64,000 nucleotides of DNA from Eledone cirrhosa (taxonomy: Eukaryota): contig OZ024757.1 of the NCBI GenBank assembly GCA_964016885.1, positions 38,254,001 to 38,318,000 of the forward strand. Reading direction: 5' to 3'. Positions 27,187-45,000 of the stretch are shown in pieces; positions within the stretch are counted from its first letter, which is position 1; the number at the start of each line of letters is the position of its first letter. The position numbers and the translations under genes were made by a program. Below the pieces are notes generated by a model, which did no database searches, had not been told where the DNA came from, and saw nothing but the letters and a program-made list of their open reading frames with translations.

Positions 27187-28649
27187 GAGTATGAGTATAT
27201 TATACACACACACACACACACACACATATATGAAAATATTAAGAATTTAAACTTCCCGTTCTTTCATTTCTAAAAAAAACTCCGCTATATTCTGCATAGA
27301 TACGGCTCTCTTTTGATACACGATCGGCTTTTGATACGTATTCTCTACGATATAGTGAACTGAATGGTCGTATGAAATACAGACGCTTACAATAGAATAA
27401 TTTCAGATTTATGAGTGAGAAAACTTTATGAATGTTCGATCTCCTACTATAAATAAAAGCCGTTCAGTTACTTGTAAAACCTCAGAGGTGAGATCGATAC
27501 TATTAATTCGATACGATGTGTACTATTAAAACTTTCTTAAGTGCAGCCCCAAATGATTTTCTTCTGCTCAATTTTATTCAATGTAATACACTAAATATTC
27601 TGGTAGCAGGAATTAAATATATATTTATAGCAGATACATGTATGAAGAGGCTTTAAATGTGCTGCAACTATGTTGGTATTGGTTCGAGAGAGTCTTACAG
27701 CTAAGGTGTCGTTTCTTCTATCATTGTTTAATCAAGGAGGAAATGATCGTACTCGCGATCCTCTGCAGAGTGTCCCTGATTCTTAGGAGGTAAAGAGTAC
27801 ATGAGTTAAAATGACATGCGAACGTGTATCTTTCACCTTCATCAACACGAATTTACCCTCTGTCTCTGCGTCCCGGCCGAAAGGATGGAGAGCGCATTGC
27901 TGTTAAGGATAAATTTCACGATCATTTCAAGGGCATCCATGTCGCGTTAAAATGAGAGAAAGAGTGAAGTAGTTATGTTCGAAAAGTAATTCTAAGAAAA
28001 GGGTCTCTAGTAAAGGCATGGAAACAAGGGCTATGTGGTAATCTTAATCCAGCTTTGCGGTTCGGAATGACGTATGGACAGTGTCCATGGCCATATCCAT
28101 AGCAGCAAGGGGACATAACACTGAGGGAAAGATTGAAGAATATATCGTCAAACATGAGAACTTCTTTGAGAACTTTCAATATATTGTACTCTTCTGTAGG
28201 AAGCCACCAAATGCCAGGTAACACGGTTAAACATAAATATACTGATTACACCTAAGACTTTGTAAATATAAAGAATCGACCTTTCTTTAATAACCATATA
28301 TTTTGCAAGAATATCAGAGTGTGCATATTTTAATATCATTCGTATGGGAATACGTATGTCTAGTGCTTTTAACACAGCTGATTAAAAAAAAAATCTAATT
28401 GCATTACGCCTCAATTTCACCGTCGTAATTTGCTGGTATATAAATGTGACTTCAAACAATGAGATTAAATTTATTTTTATAAATTCCCCGTGAAATGTTA
28501 TTTTAGTTTGTTAAATAGGAAATTACTTAATTATGGCGTTGTTTTACATCAGCTAATTAAATTTCGTAGAGAAAAAGTATTATAAACACGATCACTTCAA
28601 ATGTTTGCTTGTCTCCTTGTGTCTTTTATGTTGTAATTTATTATTATTT

Positions 28650-28880
28650 TTGTTGTTATTATTATTATTATTATTGGAGTCTCAGTCATTGATGTTATTT
28701 AACTGGAAATTGTGTCTAAATGAACATCAAGCTACTACCTGTAGCCTCAGATATTCCGGACGTATCGGAGGATTCTTGCTACTCTCAGCAAGCATGACTT
28801 TTGAAGTGTTCCAATAAACCTTGAACACTTTTCGAGAAAGTATCTAGTGTTCTTATGACAATCGGGATCACCTTGATCTC
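28650..28880 (-). mobile_element. Degenerate Dong/R4-like 3' end with a (TAA)n tail
   Basis: Minus strand gives VIPIVIRTLDT (compare PIVIGALG), then a short 3'UTR and TAATAATAATAATAACAAC. Confidence 0.5.
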
Positions 28881-28928
28881 ATGGCAGTCACAAAGCCTTT
28901 TAATTCCCACTTTAAATAATGGTATCGG

Positions 28929-29441
28929 TTAATTGTCTACAATTACTCCCAGGTCTCTGATGTTATTGGAAGCCACCAGAGTTTCAGTAGAAGAAAGAGA
29001 GTATGGTAGTTTCCGAGCATCCTTTTTTCCAAAGTGGATTAGTTCAAATTTATCCTCATTCAACAGCATATTATTCATCTCTGCCCATTGGATAACAGCC
29101 AGCAGGTCTGACTGTAGGCAAGTCCGGTCACCCACCTCATTGATGACCCATTGTTACTGTGTTTGATGATGTCAGTAATCTCATTAATGTAGACGATGAA
29201 AAGAAGTGGGCCCAACACAGTGCCTTGTGGGACGCCACGGCGCACTAGGGCTTGATTTTACTCCTTCGACTACAGCATGCTGGATTCTGCCTCTCAGGAA
29301 ACATTTGATCCACTGTAGTAACCTTCCAGAGACACCAACATTGGATAGTTCTTTCAGTAGAATCTTATGTTCAACCCTGTCGAAGGCCTTGCTGAAATCA
29401 AGGTAGATGACATTAGTGTCTCCCAAGGCTCTCAAAACATC
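28929..29441 (-). mobile_element. CR1/L2-clade LINE reverse-transcriptase pseudogene fragment
   Basis: VIYLDFSKAFDRVEH, GVPQGTVLGPLLFIVYINE, LQSDL..WAEMNNMLLNEDKF and IRDLGVIVDN; the YADD region is deleted and the frame shifts. Confidence 0.9.
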
Positions 29442-29722
29442 GTTGACAATTAGTCTTTTACCTTAAATTTATTTAAATATCCTTAATTTTCGAGATAATA
29501 TCTCTCCTTCGGAGGGAAGTAATGTTGTTGGACTAACGTTCTAAAATTGACTTGGCAAGCTATTTAGAACGTTGGTATAACAACTTTACTTCCCTCCGAA
29601 GGAGAGATATTATCTCGAATATTAAGGATATTTAAATAAATTTAAGGTAAAAGACTAATTGTCAACAATATCTTTTGCATTTGCATTTATATTCTATATC
29701 CATACCTGCATTGTTTTGGCTT
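29442..29722. mobile_element. Palindromic element HH-G (~105-bp arms, 29442-29666) with a hammerhead-like motif in each arm
   Basis: Near-perfect inverted repeat; each arm reads outward CCT-CCGAAGGA-GAGAT-ATT-ATCTC-GAA(A/T)ATT-A-AGG. Confidence 0.7.
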
Positions 29723-29800
29723 TACACATACAAACGTTTATACCTCATTACACAATACTTCAAGTGAACTATAACTTCCTCCGTATATATATATATATAA

Positions 29801-29893
<93 letters not shown>

Positions 29894-29908
29894 TATATAT
29901 ATTTAAAT

Positions 29909-29948
<40 letters not shown>

Positions 29949-29954
<6 letters not shown>

Positions 29955-30116
29955 AGATCAAAAGATGGTTAAAGGAGTTTCATATATTTTATTATGCGCA
30001 TTTCAAAAACAAACATCATCAAGCAATAATATTTGTGTTTTCATCAGATAAAACAGGAGAACATGATATGAAGGCTAAAAAACACTTGTTGATAGTGCAG
30101 TTTTAAATCAACATAT
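29949..30116 (-). mobile_element. HH-B family, copy 2
   Basis: Reverse complement of ~19357-19525. Confidence 0.8.
29986..30054 (-). ncRNA. Type I hammerhead ribozyme with an intact core
   Basis: Minus strand reads GTTTTAT-CTGATGA-AAACACAAATATT...GATGTTTGTTTTT-GAA-ATGCGCAT-A-ATAAAA. Confidence 0.75.
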
Positions 30117-31050
<934 letters not shown>

Positions 31051-31238
31051 GTTATTCCGGGTTGAATCGGAGGTAACCACAGTAAGTAAGGTACTCAATA
31101 CATAGCAGAGTATAACATTTTAATATAGATGAGATTCTACAGGACTAGAACTATTTCATTCATTTGAAATCATCAGGAATCTCTGATGATTTCAAATGAA
31201 TGAAACAGTTCTAGTCCTGTAGAATCTCATCTATATTA
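31051..31238 (-). mobile_element. Palindromic element HH-F with two divergent hammerhead cores
   Basis: Inverted repeat 31121-31238; TCATCAG-GAATCT-CTGATGA at the axis; the right arm reads CTGATGA-T-TTC-AAAT-GAA-T-GAAACAG; homologue at 59491-59684. Confidence 0.75.
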
Positions 31239-32848
<1,610 letters not shown>

Positions 32849-33244
32849 AAACACATTTACTTTAAACTATAGCAAACATATGGAATGAAATACCTGAAAG
32901 TGACCAACTGTGGCTTTTCTTGATAAAGTACATTCCTTAACATAGAATCGCACTGTTACCATTTCTATGTATTCCTTCATTGTCGCCAAGATTGGTGAAC
33001 ACAACATGAATTGCTTTCCAATGGATTTAATATTATTGCATACTTAAGTGTTCAATGCTGCTAACGATTTGACAGGAATAGATGAAATATTACTATAATG
33101 TCCTCTATAGATTCGTTTCCTCAGGTGTAAAGATGAAATGAATAGGTGAACATTACACGATCACAGTTATCTCCCACGAGACTTACTCATCCATTATATT
33201 TATATTTATTTATATATACATATAGAAATATATTATAATTCAAA

Positions 33245-33553
33245 TATATATATATAGAGAGAGAGAGTGAGAGATATATACACACACACATATATATATA
33301 TATATGTATGTGTATACATACACATACATATTGACATATATATATATATATATACACATACATATATATATATATTTATATATAAATTTTAATATATATA
33401 TATACATACATATATATACATATATATACATATATATACATATATATACATATATATACATATATATACATATATATATATATACATATATATACATATA
33501 TATATATATACATACATATATATATATATATACATATATATATATGTATATAC

Positions 33554-33584
<31 letters not shown>

Positions 33585-33596
33585 CATATATATACA

Positions 33597-33650
<54 letters not shown>

Positions 33651-33685
33651 CATATATATACATATATATACATATATATATATAC

Positions 33686-33740
<55 letters not shown>

Positions 33741-33771
33741 CATATATATACATATATATACATATATATAC

Positions 33772-33802
<31 letters not shown>

Positions 33803-33855
33803 CATATATATACATATATATATATATATACATACACACATACACACATACATAT
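33245..33855. repeat. (TA)n/(TATATATACA)n array
   Basis: Directly visible. Confidence 0.95.
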
Positions 33856-34513
33856 TGATATTACATATATAAATTCTCGATGACTGTTGAATATTTGTTC
33901 GAGCTGGATGTCATTTAAAGCCAGGATGGGTCAATTTATTGGAGGAAACCTTTATAGAAAATAAGAACAAGACACAGTTTTGAACAATAAGAAACTACAC
34001 CATAGCTTCCCTGGTATTTCACAGAAATAGGTTCAGCACATTACATTTCAATGGATATATTCCTAAATTCTAAAGCAAAGTAATATATTCAGCGTTGGTC
34101 TATTTTATATATTTAAAATTTGAACCCTTGATTTTAAAGGCATTTCTAATAGTTGTTTAGTAGTTATAGGACATATCATTAGAGCTATTCTCATTTTTCA
34201 TAATATTATATCTATTTAGAAGAAGCACGGCTATCTTCTACCAACATTTCTTTGTGAAGGAGGTAACGATATGCATGTTTATAACATGTTAGATTCAACA
34301 CACACACAGGATTCGGGGGCTCGTGCCGTTTCAACAGCTAGTTCATCGTGATATAAATATATATGTATGTATATAGATTATTTGTTTGTTTGTTAAAACA
34401 ATCAAATTAAATTAATTCAACAGTTAAACACACATAGCAATAATAAGGTTGTTACCAAAGAGCCGAATGATTGACAAGTCGACCCTAAATATGACTAGTA
34501 GCTCTAGGAATGC

Positions 34514-34856
34514 CTTGAACGACACCACATCTTTTTAACTTTGAAAGTAGGTTTGTAATTATTAATTTTCATTATACTTTTGTAGTTGTCTCGGCGGCCT
34601 AGTTGGAGTAATCATAGACGGTGGCATCCTGGTGTGAAGTTCGATCCTAGTCGGGAGCCGCGATCCCTGTATAACTTTTTAGTTTTTTTCTTTAGAATGT
34701 AAAATAAAAGCTGAACAAGACTACATGTACCTCTTGACCAGGTCTGAACCCAAGACCAGGTTCTCCACCGTCTCTTGTACCTGCGGGTAGGCCGCTGAGA
34801 CCTCTATGAACATCTACTGAAAATTCATACTTATAAACTTACGTTCAAATTTTCAA
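34514..34856. mobile_element. Inverted twin tRNA-like element, copy 2
   Basis: A-box CGGCCTAGTTGG and B-box AGTTCGATCC on +, mirror unit on - (GGTTCAGACC); colinear with 26646-26997. Confidence 0.75.
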
Positions 34857-35099
34857 AAAAAAATCATTCTCATCTATCCAGACTATATTTTAACATGTAA
34901 TCAATGTTTCATTTCAGATTCACCTCATTGCCTCTCTCTTTCTTACTCTCTCCCTCACTGTTTCTCCCAGACATATTTCAATATACTATGATTTGGGCTT
35001 ACCCTATTCATATATATATATGTTTTTGCATGTCAGTTATATTCAAACTTACAATGATTATATATATATATATATATACATATTAGAGCAAAAAGATTA

Positions 35100-35175
35100 G
35101 AACAAAAATCACGAGCCCTCTATCTCAAAATTATTTTTGAAAAGCATTAGAAATGCGCAACCTGTAAAGTCTTAA
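35100..35175 (+). mobile_element. Divergent HH-E copy with a degenerate hammerhead
   Basis: TTGAAAA-GCAT-TAGAA-ATGC-GCAA-CCTG-TA-AAG at 35137-35169, preceded by aaaaatcacgagccctctatctcaa. Confidence 0.6.
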
Positions 35176-35280
35176 AACTAAAACTGAATACTAACTAATA
35201 CTTATTACTAATTTATACTTATTCCTAATTAATCTATTTTCCACTGGGAAATATTTATCACCATTTTCTTTTCCTTTTTA

Positions 35281-35322
<42 letters not shown>

Positions 35323-35329
35323 TGCATGC

Positions 35330-35555
35330 ACAGTCCTCCGTGCTGGTCTCCCCACATCCCTGGCGGACAGAAAGGAGAAGTCGCTTCCCCGGAGGATGGT
35401 AAGGAAGATCCGCTGGAAGAGAAATTCCATCTCGCCAGCTCAGCACCTATGGTGGTGAGTAGGGAGGTAGCCCTTGTGCCAAGGACACCAGAAATCTCCA
35501 CTGCCAGGGGCAGGATCCTAATCCTCTTGGAGGGGCGACGGGTACGTGACAGCTA
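35330..35555 (+). mobile_element. GC-rich dispersed repeat fragment, possibly LINE ORF1
   Basis: ggcggacagaa.ggagaag.cg.t.ccc..gaggat is shared in reverse with 62385-62452. Confidence 0.4.
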
Positions 35556-35939
35556 CGTTCGCCTAAAGTCTGTGTCGTGAATTGACCCATACTAAATTAA
35601 AACATAGCCCTAGCTTCGTCCATTCAACTAAATTTGACCGCATTCGTCTGTCTCTTCGTTTCTATAAAATATGACGCATTTAATTATCATTGACAAACGA
35701 AATTCAAGAAAAGTCTTGGAGAACTTTGAGAGACTGTCATTAAATTTATCCTAGATTATCTAGATTGGAATTAAACTTGAGTCAGACTTGTCTCTTTTTT
35801 TCATTGCATTTTATTTCTGGTTCATGTTAGTTGGATATATTTAATCAGACAAAACAAACGCTAGGATTTTATATCAATAAACTTTAGGCAGAATATAAAA
35901 TGTTAGTGTTTCTTAGAGAGAGAATATAATTAATATATA

Positions 35940-36003
<64 letters not shown>

Positions 36004-36010
36004 TATACGT

Positions 36011-36053
<43 letters not shown>

Positions 36054-36190
36054 TATGTCTGAACATACATATATATGTCTGTCTATGTATATATATATAG
36101 GTCTGTACATGTATATATCTATATATACGCATATATGTCTGTAATCTCTCTGCCTCCCTCTCTCCGCCTCTCTCTGTCTCCCTCTCTCCG

Positions 36191-36235
<45 letters not shown>

Positions 36236-36544
36236 TTGTAAAGTGTTTGTGCCTGTGAATATGTATATGTATGCAGAGACAGTAAGAGGTAGAGGAAGGG
36301 AGAGAAGAAAAACTTAAAGCCAACATTAACCAGTGTTGAGATGAATTAAACGAACACAAAAACAAATACACGAAAAAACTAAATATTTTATGTATTCAGA
36401 AGGAGAGAAAAATATAGTCACAAAACATTAACGGTATTGGGAAAACTTTGATTAGCATAGTGAAGCCAAGTAGCAATGAACAAATATACAATTACCTATA
36501 TAATCATTTACATACACCACACACTACATATAAATATATATATG

Positions 36545-36684
36545 TAGGAAAATATATGACCCCGACGGCAGAGCTCAAGCCGTTTCGACGGCTATTTCTT
36601 GAGCTCTGCCGTCTGGGTCATACCCTAAGTATTGAGTACTCTGGTGCGTTATGGTCTATTTGGTTCCTTACCACAATTCTTTTG

Positions 36685-36687
<3 letters not shown>
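36545..36687 (+). mobile_element. P1 family copy with internal deletions
   Basis: tgaccccgacggcagagctcaagccgtttcgacggctatttc...taagtattgagtactctggtgcgttatggtc. Confidence 0.75.
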
Positions 36688-38712
<2,025 letters not shown>

Positions 38713-38994
38713 GACCACTTTTCAGAGTGGACTGGGTACATTTCGTCGTGACACCTACATGACCAAATCACAGCGTGTACTGTGTGCGTTTTGTCGTGAC
38801 TCTTACAGGACTATTTTACAGTAGAGACTGCGTGCTTTTTATCCCGACCATTTGGCAGTTTGGACTGGGTTCTTTTTGTTTTGAACCAACATGTGTCAGT
38901 TACATATAAAAGTGTTTCTATATATGTATATACAAATTTTTTTTTTCAAGCAAACCTTAACCTATTATATTCCTTCCGTGTGTTGTTACTTTTG

Positions 38995-39031
<37 letters not shown>

Positions 39032-39425
39032 ATAATAATACATTTGAAGACTAAAATAAATATATATATATAGTACGTTTATATATAAAAAAAAAACTTG
39101 TATATATGTATATATATGTCTTCATAAACACATAAACGCTGCCTATGTGGTACCACCAATTAAATATATACATTCAATATGTATGTATGTATGTATGTAT
39201 GTATGGTATGTATATAGTACAGAGGCTACAGCTGTTGCAGTAACGAGTGATATAAATATACTTTCACAATTTAAAATATCTAATTACTACAAAATAGAGA
39301 AGCTAAATATACAGACTTAGATAGAAAGAGAAAGATAGATAGGTATATATATATATAAATATATAAACAGAACAAATGAAACGAAATTTCATTTCTCACT
39401 CTTAGTACGGCTGTTACTTAAATAT

Positions 39426-39852
39426 AGTATGTATACGGACATACATATATGTATACAGACGTACAGTGGTATGTATATATATATACATACATGCACACAT
39501 ATGTATATGTACGTATGGATTCGGTACCCCGGCCGATTAACTCACTCGATATGCAAATTAGGCTCCTCAGCCGTTAATATGCATAAGGAAAGTATATACT
39601 TTCAGACGTTCAATCATCTGGCAGGAAGGTATACGCTGCTGACGATAGCTAATAAGCTTGAAACTAGTACAGCGTTCCTTTGTCAGTGTTGAACAAATGA
39701 GCAACGATGGTTGCTAGACACTGTACGGCTTAATTCGGGATGTTTGTTTACAAACAAACCGAGCATTATAATAAATGTTCGGTGAATCCATACGTTCATA
39801 TATACATACTACTGTACGTCTGTATACATATATGTATGTACGTATACATACT
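39426..39852 (+). mobile_element. Inverted-repeat element HH-C enclosing a structured loop with a hammerhead
   Basis: Arms 39426-39522 and 39784-39852; the internal ~260 nt contain a ribozyme and several hairpins. Confidence 0.7.
39633..39675 (+). ncRNA. Minimal type I hammerhead ribozyme with a canonical core
   Basis: Stem I ACGCTG/CAGCGT; CTGACGA at 39639-39645; T-AGCT-AATA-AGCT-T; GAA; palindromic ACTAGT; predicted GUA cleavage after 39669. Confidence 0.8.
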
Positions 39853-40214
39853 TATATATATATATATAGAGAGAGAGAGATTGACGGATAAATATATAGA
39901 TAGATATAAATAGATTAATTAAAGCCTAATGTCAGATAGCAATAAAAAGATAATAATTTTAAATATATATTGTATGTAGTAAACTAATGAAAACTAAATT
40001 AAAATATGACAAAATATATATTGCTTATTATATAACGCTGCATATTATTCAGTTAATATTTGCTATATCTGCCATTACAGGAATGTGTTTCAATAACCGA
40101 TAGTGTGTCTTAATTAATGGGCATATTGTGGTATAGTGGTTCCCATTAAGTTTGAAATTTATCGTCAGATTCTGTAGATATAATAAATTTTTTGCAATCG
40201 GGTAATATCTCACG

Positions 40215-40262
40215 CCCCTCCTGCTCTCTCTCTATCTCTGTATGTACCTCTCTCTCTCTCTC

Positions 40263-40332
<70 letters not shown>

Positions 40333-40712
40333 TCCATCCCTCACTCTCTTTCTCCATATGTATCTGCCTCCATCTCTCTTTCTCGCTCCATGTATCTGTC
40401 TCTATCTGTCTTTATCTATATATATATATCTTTATGTCTCCCCCCCCCTCTCTCTCTCCCCTCTGCCCCCACCCCATATCCCCCGCTCTCCCCCATCTCC
40501 CCTCCCCCTCTATATCCCCCTCTCTCTCTCTCTATATATATATATCTTACTCTCTTTCTCTCCCCTCTCTCTCTCTCCCTATCCCTCTCTCGCTCCCTCT
40601 ATCTCTCTCCCTCTCTCTCCGTCTCTCTCTCCCTCCCTATGCCCCTCCCCCTCCATTCCTCTCCCCACCCTCCCCATCTCTCCATCCCTCTCTCTCCCTT
40701 TCTCTCCCCATC
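40215..40712. repeat. CT/C-rich low-complexity tract with an embedded (TA)n run
   Basis: Directly visible. Confidence 0.85.
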
Positions 40713-40715
40713 TAA

Positions 40716-41180
40716 ACACAAAACCTGTCAAAGGGCAAAGGATCTCTTAAGAGTCAATGGCCATCCAACATCACCGGGAGAGATGACCCCTTAGCCTTTG
40801 TCAAGGCAGAATTCTAGGAGAAGGAAAACTTTGATATAACACCTGCAACTCTGATGGTATCCAATGATGTTGACTTGTACTTCTTTTTGGTAAATATTCT
40901 CTTGGTTAAGAGAGTGGGACTGGCTTTGTGCAGTGCCTTTGCTCACTATCAAAGCCTCACGGTACAGGCTTTATATCTGAAGATCTCTCTGAACTTGTCG
41001 TCACATGGTACCATGGGCCCAGCACTATGTGTCAATAATTGTCACAAGTGTAGTGTTTGTACCAGAGTTTTCAAGTCGCTGGCTGGTCTAAAAAGTCACA
41101 CTCGTTCAGCGCATCGGTAGGGGTTCTCCTACATGGATAAAAAGTAGTGGCCGTACTCGAAAATGAGTTGGCAGCAACCA
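40716..41180 (+). mobile_element. Degenerate RTE (BovB-like) LINE 3' end
   Basis: [22 protein letters not shown] matches the CxxC..SxxGLxSH terminal finger of RTE ORFs; short GTACTCG..GAGT 3'UTR. Confidence 0.65.
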
Positions 41181-41230
41181 TGTATATATGTATATATATG
41201 TGTACATATATATGTGTATATATATATATG

Positions 41231-41273
<43 letters not shown>

Positions 41274-43160
41274 ATATATATGTAAATATATATATATATG
41301 TATGTGTATATATATGTAAATATATATATATATATGTATGTGTATATATATTTATATATATGTTTGTGTATATATATTTATATATATATGTATGGGTACA
41401 TATATATGTTTGTGTATATATATTTATATATATATGTATGGGTACATATATATGTATATGTATATATATATATTTATATATATGTATATGTATATATATA
41501 TATTTATATATATGTATATGTATATATATATATTTATATATATGTATATGTATATATATATATATTTATATATGTATATATGTAAAATATATATATGTAT
41601 ATATGTATAATGTATATACGTTTATATATGTATATATATATATATGTATATATATATGTATATATATTTATATATATGTATATATGTATATATATATGTA
41701 TATATATTTATATATATGTATATATGTATATATATATGTATATATATTTATATATATGTATATATGTATATATATATGTATATATATTTATATATATGTA
41801 TATATGTATATATATATGTATATATATTTATATATATGTATATATGTATATATATATGTATATATATTTATATATGTATATATATTTATATATGTATATA
41901 TATTTATATATGTATATATGTATATATATTTATATATGTATATATATTTATATATGTATATATGTATATATATGTATATGTATATATATGTATATATATT
42001 TATATATATGTATATTTATATATAGATATATATCTATATATATGCATATATATTTATATATATGTATATTTATATATAGATATATATCTATATATATATA
42101 TGTATATATATATATGTATATATATTTATATATATGTATATTTATATATAGATATATCTATATATATATGTATATATATTTATATATATGTATATTTATA
42201 TATAGATATATCTATATATATATGTATATATATTTATATATATGTATATTTATATATAGATATATCTATATATATATGTATATATATTTATATATATGTA
42301 TATTTATATATAGATATATCTATATATATATGCATATATATTTATATATATGTATATTTATATATAGATATATATCTATATATATATGTATATATATTTA
42401 TATATGTATATTTATATATAGATATATATCTATATATATATGTATATATATTTATATATATGTATATTTATATATAGATATATCTATATATATATGTATA
42501 TATATTTATATATATGTATATTTATATATAGATATATCTATATATATATGTATCTATATTTATATATATGTATATTTATATATAGATATATCTATATATA
42601 TATGTATATATATTTATATATATGTATATTTATATATAGATATATCTATATATATATGTATATATATTTATATATATGTATATTTATATATAGATATATC
42701 TATATATATATGCATATATATTTATATATATGTATATTTATATATAGATATATATCTATATATATATGTATATATATTTATATATATGTATATTTATATA
42801 TAGATATATATCTATATATATATGTATATATATTTATATATATGTATATTTATATATAGATATATATCTATATATATATGTATATATATTTATATATATG
42901 TATATTTATATATAGATATATATCTATATATATATGTATATATATTTATATATATGTATATTTATATATAGATATATCTATATATATATGTATATATATT
43001 TATATATATGTATATTTATATATAGATATATCTATATATATATGTATATATATTTATATATATGTATATTTATATATAGATATATATCTATATATATATG
43101 TATATATATTTATATATATGTATATTTATATATAGATACATCTATATATATATTTATATA

Positions 43161-43201
<41 letters not shown>

Positions 43202-43702
43202 TTATATATATGTATATATATGTATATATATATATGAATGTATATATAAAATACAGAGAGAGAAAGAGAGAGGAATACGCATATATATATATATGCGTAT
43301 GTATATATATATGCGTATACAGATGTATGTGGATATATATGTAATTATATTCACCCCCCCCCCCCCCCACACACACATAAACACTCACGCAAATATGCGA
43401 GTAAACTTTGCCAATATCTGGCTTCACGCCATGGTAATAGTTAAAATAATGTCTTCACGTGATCATCACCCCAGCCTTGTACTCTGGGGAGGAGGATATC
43501 ACTTTATATAACATACTACTTGTCGATTATAACACATTCCTATTCATACACCGCTGCTTCTAACATTCACATATATGAGAATTGATATGTATATATGTAT
43601 TGATATGTCTATGTAGGTATATATATATATATGTAATCATATTATATTATATTATATACATATATATATGTTTATATATATATGTATATATATATGTATA
43701 TA

Positions 43703-43733
<31 letters not shown>

Positions 43734-43808
43734 GTGTATATATATATATATATATGTAATTATATATATATATGAGTATATATATATATATGTAATTATA
43801 TATATATA

Positions 43809-43841
<33 letters not shown>

Positions 43842-43938
43842 GTGTGTATATATATATATATATGTGTATATATACATATGTGTATATATATATATACATA
43901 TATGTATATATATACATATATATGTATATATATATATG

Positions 43939-43987
<49 letters not shown>

Positions 43988-44048
43988 GTGTATATATATA
44001 TATATGTATATATATATGTGTGTATATATATATATATGTGTATATATA

Positions 44049-44089
<41 letters not shown>

Positions 44090-44156
44090 GTGTGTGTGTA
44101 TGTATATGTATATATGTGTGTGTGTGTATATATATATATATGCGTATATATATAAG

Positions 44157-44190
<34 letters not shown>

Positions 44191-45000
44191 CATATATATA
44201 TGTATGTGTATATATATATGAATATATATATATATATCTAGATATGAATATATATATATATCTATATATATGAATATATCTATATCTATATATATATGTA
44301 TATATGTATGAATATATATATCTATATATATGTATATATGTATGAATATATATATCTATATATATGTATATATGTATGAATATATATATCTATATATATG
44401 AATATATCTATATCTATATATATACGTATATATGTATGTATATATATATCTATAAATATATATATGTATGTATATATATCTATATATATGAATATATATA
44501 TATATCTATATATATGAATATAGATATATATCTGTATATATATATGAATATAGATATATATCTGTATATATATATGAATATATATAAATATCTATATATA
44601 TATGTATATATATATATTTGTATATCTGTATATATGAATATATATAAATATCTCTATATATATGTATATATATATATTTGTATATATATATATATGAATA
44701 TATATAAATATCTCTATATATATGTATATATATATATCTGTATATATATATAAATATCTATATATATATGTCTATATATAAATATCTATATATATACGTA
44801 TATATATAAATATCTATATATATATATGTATATATATAAATATATATATATATATGTATATATATATCTATCTATATATATATCTATATATATATGTATA
44901 TATCTATGTATACATATATATACATATCTATATATATATGTATATATCTATGTATACATATATATACATATATATACCTATATATATATATATATATAAC
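41181..45000. repeat. Large (TA)n-derived arrays, including a ~54-56 bp higher-order unit at ~42005-43140
   Basis: Unit TATATATTTATATATATGTATATTTATATATAGATATATCTATATATATATG repeated about 20 times; short unique spacer at ~43330-43600. Confidence 0.9.

Noticed and set aside
27783-27900. Minus-strand ETEGKFVLMKVKD resembling an L1/Tx1 endonuclease segment
   Set aside because: Too short and degenerate to support without a profile search
39531-39590. Twister-like appearance (TAACTC...GC...CTCCTCAGC...AAGG)
   Set aside because: The P1, P2 and pseudoknot pairings could not be built by eye
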